Shown here in pieces: positions 58,008 through 64,000 of a DNA stretch of 64,000 nucleotides. This DNA comes from Narcine bancroftii (lineage: Eukaryota): positions 61,630,001-61,694,000 of the forward strand of contig NC_091480.1 of NCBI RefSeq assembly GCF_036971445.1. The letters run 5' to 3'. The notes below the pieces were generated by a model that had not been told where the DNA came from, searched no databases, and saw only the letters and a list, made by a program, of their open reading frames with translations. The translations under genes and the position numbers were made by a program. Numbering within the stretch: the stretch's first letter is position 1; every line of letters begins with the position of its first letter.

Positions 58008-58095
58008 GGCTGCACGGAGCGCTTTGTGTCAAGCCCGGAAGAGGTGATGGATGTGATAGACGAGGGGAAGTGTAATCGTCATGTTGCAGTCACCA
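58008..58095 (+). CDS. KIF5A: Kinesin-1 heavy chain, exon 7
   Basis: [29 protein letters not shown]; 88 nt. Confidence 0.92.
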
Positions 58096-59059
58096 GTACG
58101 TGAGGCATTGATGCTTTCATCCCTGTGTCATCCCTCTGTCCTCCATGTTCCCACCCTTTGACCCCAGGCTCACTCACCGCCTAACATTTGAAGGATGCCC
58201 AGGAGGGTTTCTGTTTCTCATTCATTGGAACTAAGTCCAGTAGAAGGCCCCATGATCCTGTTCCTGATCCCTCCAGCCAATGAGTCCACATCCAACTCCC
58301 ACATGAATGACTTTCTCCCTCCATCTAACCTGTCTCGTTCTGTCAGACCTTGCAGTGGAATCCCCTTTGAATCTTTTAAACCAGATTGTGTCTAACCCTG
58401 GTCAATCCAGGTTTTCTTCATATGTCAGTTCTGCCATCCCAGTGGGTCTGCGAGGAGGGTTCTTCGGCAAGCAGATATGTGGGTTATCTCTATACAGCCA
58501 GGTACAGAGCACAGTTAACAAAGCACAGAGTTACAGTGGAAAGGGAGATCAGTGAGCACAAACCAAGGGCAGTGTGAGAGTACTAGGTGGGGTCATTCTG
58601 TAGCCTGGTTGCTGTGTGGAAGAAGCTGTCTTTAACCTTGTTGGTGCATGATCTCACACCCCTGTCTTCTCCCCGATGGGAGGAGGGAGAAGGGAGTGTC
58701 CGGGGCGGGATGGGTCCTTCAGGATGTTGGGTGCCTTTCCCGGACAGTGGGAGATGTAGGTGGAATCTGTGGAGGGGAGGTGGGGGGGGGGTTTATGTGA
58801 TGTTCTAGGCTCCATTCACCATCTTCTGGAGCTTCTCCCGACCTTGAGCAAAGCAGCTCCCATCCCGCGCTGTGATCCACCTTGCAAGTCTGCTCTCGAC
58901 AGGGTGGGTGTAGGTGTTGTGAAACAGGAATAAGCCAAATTTTGTTTGTCTTTGGAGAAAGGAGAGGTTGTTGAATGAAAGGGCAAAGAGAGATACATAG
59001 TGAAGGTGGGTCCCAGAATACAATGATCTGGTCACAGCACTATCAGCAAGAGGTGAATT

Positions 59060-59340
59060 CAGTGGGTGGGGTGTGTGGGTGATTCACAGGGACACGGGTC
59101 CCGTCTTAGTGTATCAGTGAGTGGGGTGTTGGGGTAATTCACGAGGACACTGCCCCTGTCCGCGTGTTTCAGTGGGTGGAGTGATTCACGGGAACATGGG
59201 TCCCATCCCAGTGTTTCAGTGGGTAGGGTGTGGGGTTAATTAACAGGGATACTGCCCCGTCCCAGTGTTTCAGTGGGTGGTGTGTGGGGGGTGATTCACT
59301 GGGACACGGATCCCGTCCTCGTGTTTCAGTGGGTGCGGTG
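59060..59340. repeat. Degenerate tandem repeat, about 50-bp unit
   Basis: Recurrent gtgtttcagtgggtg...attcac..ggacac. Confidence 0.75.
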
Positions 59341-59719
59341 TGGTGGTGATGAATGGGGATGCACTTGGATTGTCAAGGTAGAGAAGGGTAGTGGGGCGTT
59401 TCATGGTCAGTATGATCGTACAGGCCGAAGGGCCTGTTTCCATGAGGTACCGTCTGCCTGCGGTGCCCCCCTTTTGGGGGGGGGGTGTCATATCCCTTCA
59501 TTCAATGCACCCAGTTGTCAAGGAGATGGCCACCACACCATCCAATAGGTAGCCATGGATACCCCCCCATCTTGGCGAGGCATGGGACGTGGAAGGGTCG
59601 TGCATTGATGTACGGCAGGATCTGGGGAGCCAGGTTCATCATCCCTGAAAGCGGCCACAAACCAGATGGGGTGGCCCATATGTCTATGCTGAACATAATA
59701 TCCCAATCAAACTCAGTCC

Positions 59720-60400
59720 CTGTTGCCTGAACTCCCTGCATGTGTATGTGTCTGACCAGAAACCTCCCAACCACCACTGACCTATCTGCTTCCATCTCTG
59801 CCCCTGGCAGCCCCTTCCAGGCACCCACCACTCTCACTTGCCTCCAGTGTGTGATGTTTCCACCGTGGAGAAAACATTCGGACTGTCCACCCTATCACTG
59901 CCCCTCATCATTTTACAAACCTCCATCAGGTCTCCCAACAGCCTCCACTCCAGAGAAACCAACCCAGCTTTGTTCCACCTCTCCCCGTGACCCATCCCCT
60001 CAAATCCAGGCCACATCCTGGGGAACCTCTCCTGTCCCCCTTCCAAAGCCTCCATGTCCTTCCTGTGATGGGGTGTCCAGAACTGCACACAGTGTTCCAA
60101 GTGTGGCCCATGCAGTTTTTACCTCGCAGTAACGTGACCTCCTTGCTTTTCTACTCAGGACCCTATCCCATGAAGTTCAGTGTCCCACTCCTCCTCATCA
60201 CCACCCCACCTCCTTGTGTGGCCACCCTCAGGGAGTGATGGGCTTGGACCCCCAGATCCCCCCCACATATCAATGCTGTAAAGAGTCACTATTCACTGCA
60301 AACGTTCTCCTTGTATTAGATCTCCCAAAGTGCAACACCGCCCCCCCCTCCCGCAACCAACGTCCAAATTAAACTCCATCTACCATTTCCCTGCCCATAT
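59720..60400 (-). mobile_element. CR1/HER1-like LINE fragment
   Basis: EHCVQFWTPHHRKDMEALE motif. Confidence 0.75.
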
Positions 60401-60410
60401 CTGTGACTGA

Positions 60411-60857
<447 letters not shown>

Positions 60858-60906
60858 TGATGGCTGAACATGAGGATGTCATCCAATGTGAACTGACCAA
60901 CTAGCC

Positions 60907-61274
60907 CAGTGATTCTCAACCTTTTTCTTTCCACCCACATCCCACCTTCAGCAATCCCTATGCCATCGGTGCTCTGTGATTAGTGAGGGATTGCTGAAGG
61001 TGGGATATGGGTGGGAAGAAAAAGTTTGAAAACCACTGTTTTAATCGTCCCTTATTGACTATGTGCACGGTTTCAGAACTCCAAAGGGAAATGGACCAAT
61101 GACAATTATTCTCAAAAGATTTCAGTAACAATTGGGTACGGAGCAGTGATTCTCACCCTTCCCTTCCCACCCACATCCCACCTTAAGTCATCCCTTACTA
61201 ATCACAGAGCACCGATGGCCTAGGGATGACTTAAAGTGGGCTGTGAGTGGAAAGGAAAAGGTTGAGAACCTCTG
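60907..61274. mobile_element. Bipartite hAT-type MITE (cagtgattctcaacc...ggttgagaacctctg)
   Basis: Terminal inverted repeats; TSD aactagcc/gtctagcc (6/8); a related unit lies at 40730-40845. Confidence 0.7.
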
Positions 61275-61429
61275 GTCTAGCCCAACCTTTCCATGCCCAC
61301 TAAGCTGGGTCCCTCCAGCAGCTCGCTCCACACACCCACCACCCTCTGTATGAAGAAGGTGCCCCTCAGGTCCCCTTTAAATCTCTCTCCTCACCTTAAA
61401 CCTGGCTGTCGAATTTTAGACTCCCCAGG

Positions 61430-62850
61430 AGAAGAACCATAGAAGATGACAGCACAGAAACAGGCCCTTCGGCCTTTCTAGTCTGTGCCGAACTATTATT
61501 CTGCCTAGTCCCACTGACCTGCACCCAGTCGATACCCCTCCCATCCATGTGCCTGTCCAAATTCCTCTTAAATGTTAAAATTGAGCCCACATTCACGTCA
61601 GCTGGCAGCTCGTTCCACACTCTCACCACTCTCCGTGTGAAGAACTTCCCCCTCACATTCTCCCTAAGCTTTTCCCCTTTCACCTTTAATCCATGTCCTC
61701 TGGTTTGCATCTCACCTACCCTCAGTGGTAATTGTCTACCTACATTTTGTCTCTCCCTTTCATAATTGTAAATACCTCGATCAAACCTCCCCTCATTCTT
61801 CTACGCTCCAGGGGAATAAAGTCCTAAGCTGTTTAACCCTTCAGTGCCGTAAATCTTAAAATTCTGCAGACACCTGTGATTGAAGTAAAAAGACCAAATG
61901 CTGGAAAAGCTCAGCAGGTCATACAGGGTCCTTCATGTAGCAACGGCAGAGACACAGAACCCACGTTTCATCAAAGGTTCTCTATCTTCACCTTTGTTAC
62001 ATAAAGGATCCTGTTTGACCTGCTCAGCTTCTCCAGCACTCTGTGTTTTTAACCTTTCCCTGTAACTCAGTTCCTGAAGTCCAGGCAACATCCTAGTAAA
62101 CCTTCTCCGCACTCTTTCTATCTTATTGATACCTTTCCTGTAGTTAGGTGACCAGAACTGCACACAATTCTCCAAATTTAGCCTCACCAATGTCATAAAA
62201 CCTCAACATAACATCCCAGATCCTATACTGAATACTTTGATTTATGAAGGTCAATATGCCAAAAGCTCTCTTTACAGACCCATCCACCTGTGACACCACT
62301 TTCAGGGAATTATGTATCTGTATTCCCAGATCCCTCTGTTCTACTGCATTCCTCAGTGCCCGAACCCTTACCGAATATGCCCTTTCTTGGTTTGTCCTTC
62401 AAAATGCAACACCTCACACTTGTCTGCATTTAATTCCATGTCATTGTTCAGCCCATTTTTCCACCTGGTCCAAATCTCTCTGCAAGCTTTGAAAACCTTC
62501 TTCGCTGACCACAACGGCTCCAATCTTAGTGTCATCTGCAAACTTTCTGATCCAATTTACCACATTGTCATCCAGATCATTGATATAGACAACAAACAAC
62601 AATGGTCCCAGCACCGATCACTGACATACACCACTAGTCATAGACTTCCAATCTGAGAAGCAATCATCCACCACTACTCTCTGGCTTCTCCCGTCCAGCC
62701 AAAGTCGAATCCAATCATGAATACTGAATGTCTGAACCTTCCTGACTAATCTTCCACGTAGGACCTTGTTGAAGGTCTTACTAAAGTCCATGTAGACAAC
62801 ATCCAATGGCTTTCCTTCATCAACTTTCCTGGTAACCTCCTCGACAAAGT
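61430..62850 (-). mobile_element. CR1/HER1-like LINE, RT and 3' end
   Basis: DVVYMDFSK, LENCVQFWSPNYRK, TRGHGLKVKG..VRVWNELP; interrupted by a small inverted-repeat element at about 61840-62050. Confidence 0.85.
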
Positions 62851-63195
62851 CAAACAAAGGAAGCCCAGAACATTGAGCTGCCAGTCCTGTCCCTCCTGCA
62901 ACCCAGTTTCACTCATGGCCACAATGTCATAATTCATAAGACTGTGACTGTCCACCTTTTCCATGCCCTTCATGATCTTATAAACCTCTAGAGGATCCCC
63001 TCAGCTTCCAACGCTCCAGGAGATGTATCCCAACCTATTCTGATGCCAGCATCTGGGGCAATTGATGGGAATGCTGGGAGAATGGAATGGGATTTGTGCA
63101 GATTTGTGGGTGGAGGGACTTTTCTGGTTCCCTGGCTCTCTGACTGGACTCCCTGGGTGGACAGCAGGGGGTCTTGGGTTCTGCAGTGACCTTGA

Positions 63196-63336
<141 letters not shown>

Positions 63337-63669
63337 TAGTTTGCTGTGGAGCGAGGGGGCAAGTCCAAACAGTCAGAAATGTCAGTAGTGGAAGCAAGAT
63401 GAAGCCACTGACTCATCAGGGACAGGCAGGAGTTGGCCCATCCAGCCTGCTGCCCATTCTGGCCACTCGGCCCATCAAGCCTGCTGCCCCATACTGTGAG
63501 ATCGCTGATCTGACTCCACTTCCCTTCCCCTTCCCCATCAATGTTAATTCCCCATCTGTTCAAAAATCTGTGTCTACAATACATTTAATGAGACAGTCCC
63601 CACTGCTTCCTTGGGCAGAGAATCCCACAGATTCCCCACTCTCTGGGAGAAGCAGATCCTCCTCATCAG

Positions 63670-64000
63670 GGCACTGAGTCCAGGAGCAATGACATCCCGT
63701 TACAACTGTACAGGACGTTGGGGAGACCACACTAGTATTGTGGTCAGTTCTGGTCACCCAGCTGTTGGAAGGATGTCACTGAGCTGGAAAGGGGGCAGGA
63801 AAGATTCACCAGGATGTTCCCAGGACTGGAGGGCTGGAGTGACAAGGAGAGGCTGGATAGGCTGGGGCTTTTTCCCTGGTGGAGGAGGCTGAGGGGGGAC
63901 CTTCTAGAGGCTTATAAAACCATGAGGGGCATGGATAAGGTGGGTGGTCACAGTCTTTTCCCCAGGGTCAGGGAGTCTAAAACTAGAGGGCAGAGGTTTA
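63670..64000 (+). mobile_element. CR1/HER1-like LINE fragment
   Basis: Similar to 52460-52990. Confidence 0.75.

Overview
Vertebrate genomic DNA. The repeat content (CR1/HER1-like LINEs, a ~50-bp GGGAGTGTGTGATGGGAC satellite, RTE and L1 elements) suggests a cartilaginous fish; this is an inference. Bases 500-42045 are a nested cluster of endogenous retroviruses that can be ordered from target-site duplications (TSDs). ERV-C (9416-42045, minus, tRNA-Pro PBS, gamma-type env) contains ERV-A2 (10926-28538, plus). ERV-A2 contains a young tRNA-Trp-primed element, ERV-B (12521-21034), whose Pol has a 2H-phosphoesterase-like domain between protease and RT. An inverted sister provirus, ERV-A1 (500-9263), appears partly gene-converted from A2. 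Other nested inserts are solo LTRs, hAT/Charlie MITEs with exchanged cargo, a full-length RTE LINE, a 5' L1 half, and a palindromic fold-back LTR with a 5-bp TSD. Bases 43615-63315 hold coding exons 1-9 of a kinesin-1 heavy chain gene (KIF5A-like), with a 1-nt deletion in exon 5 and repeat-rich introns. ERV-A, -B and -C are my working labels.
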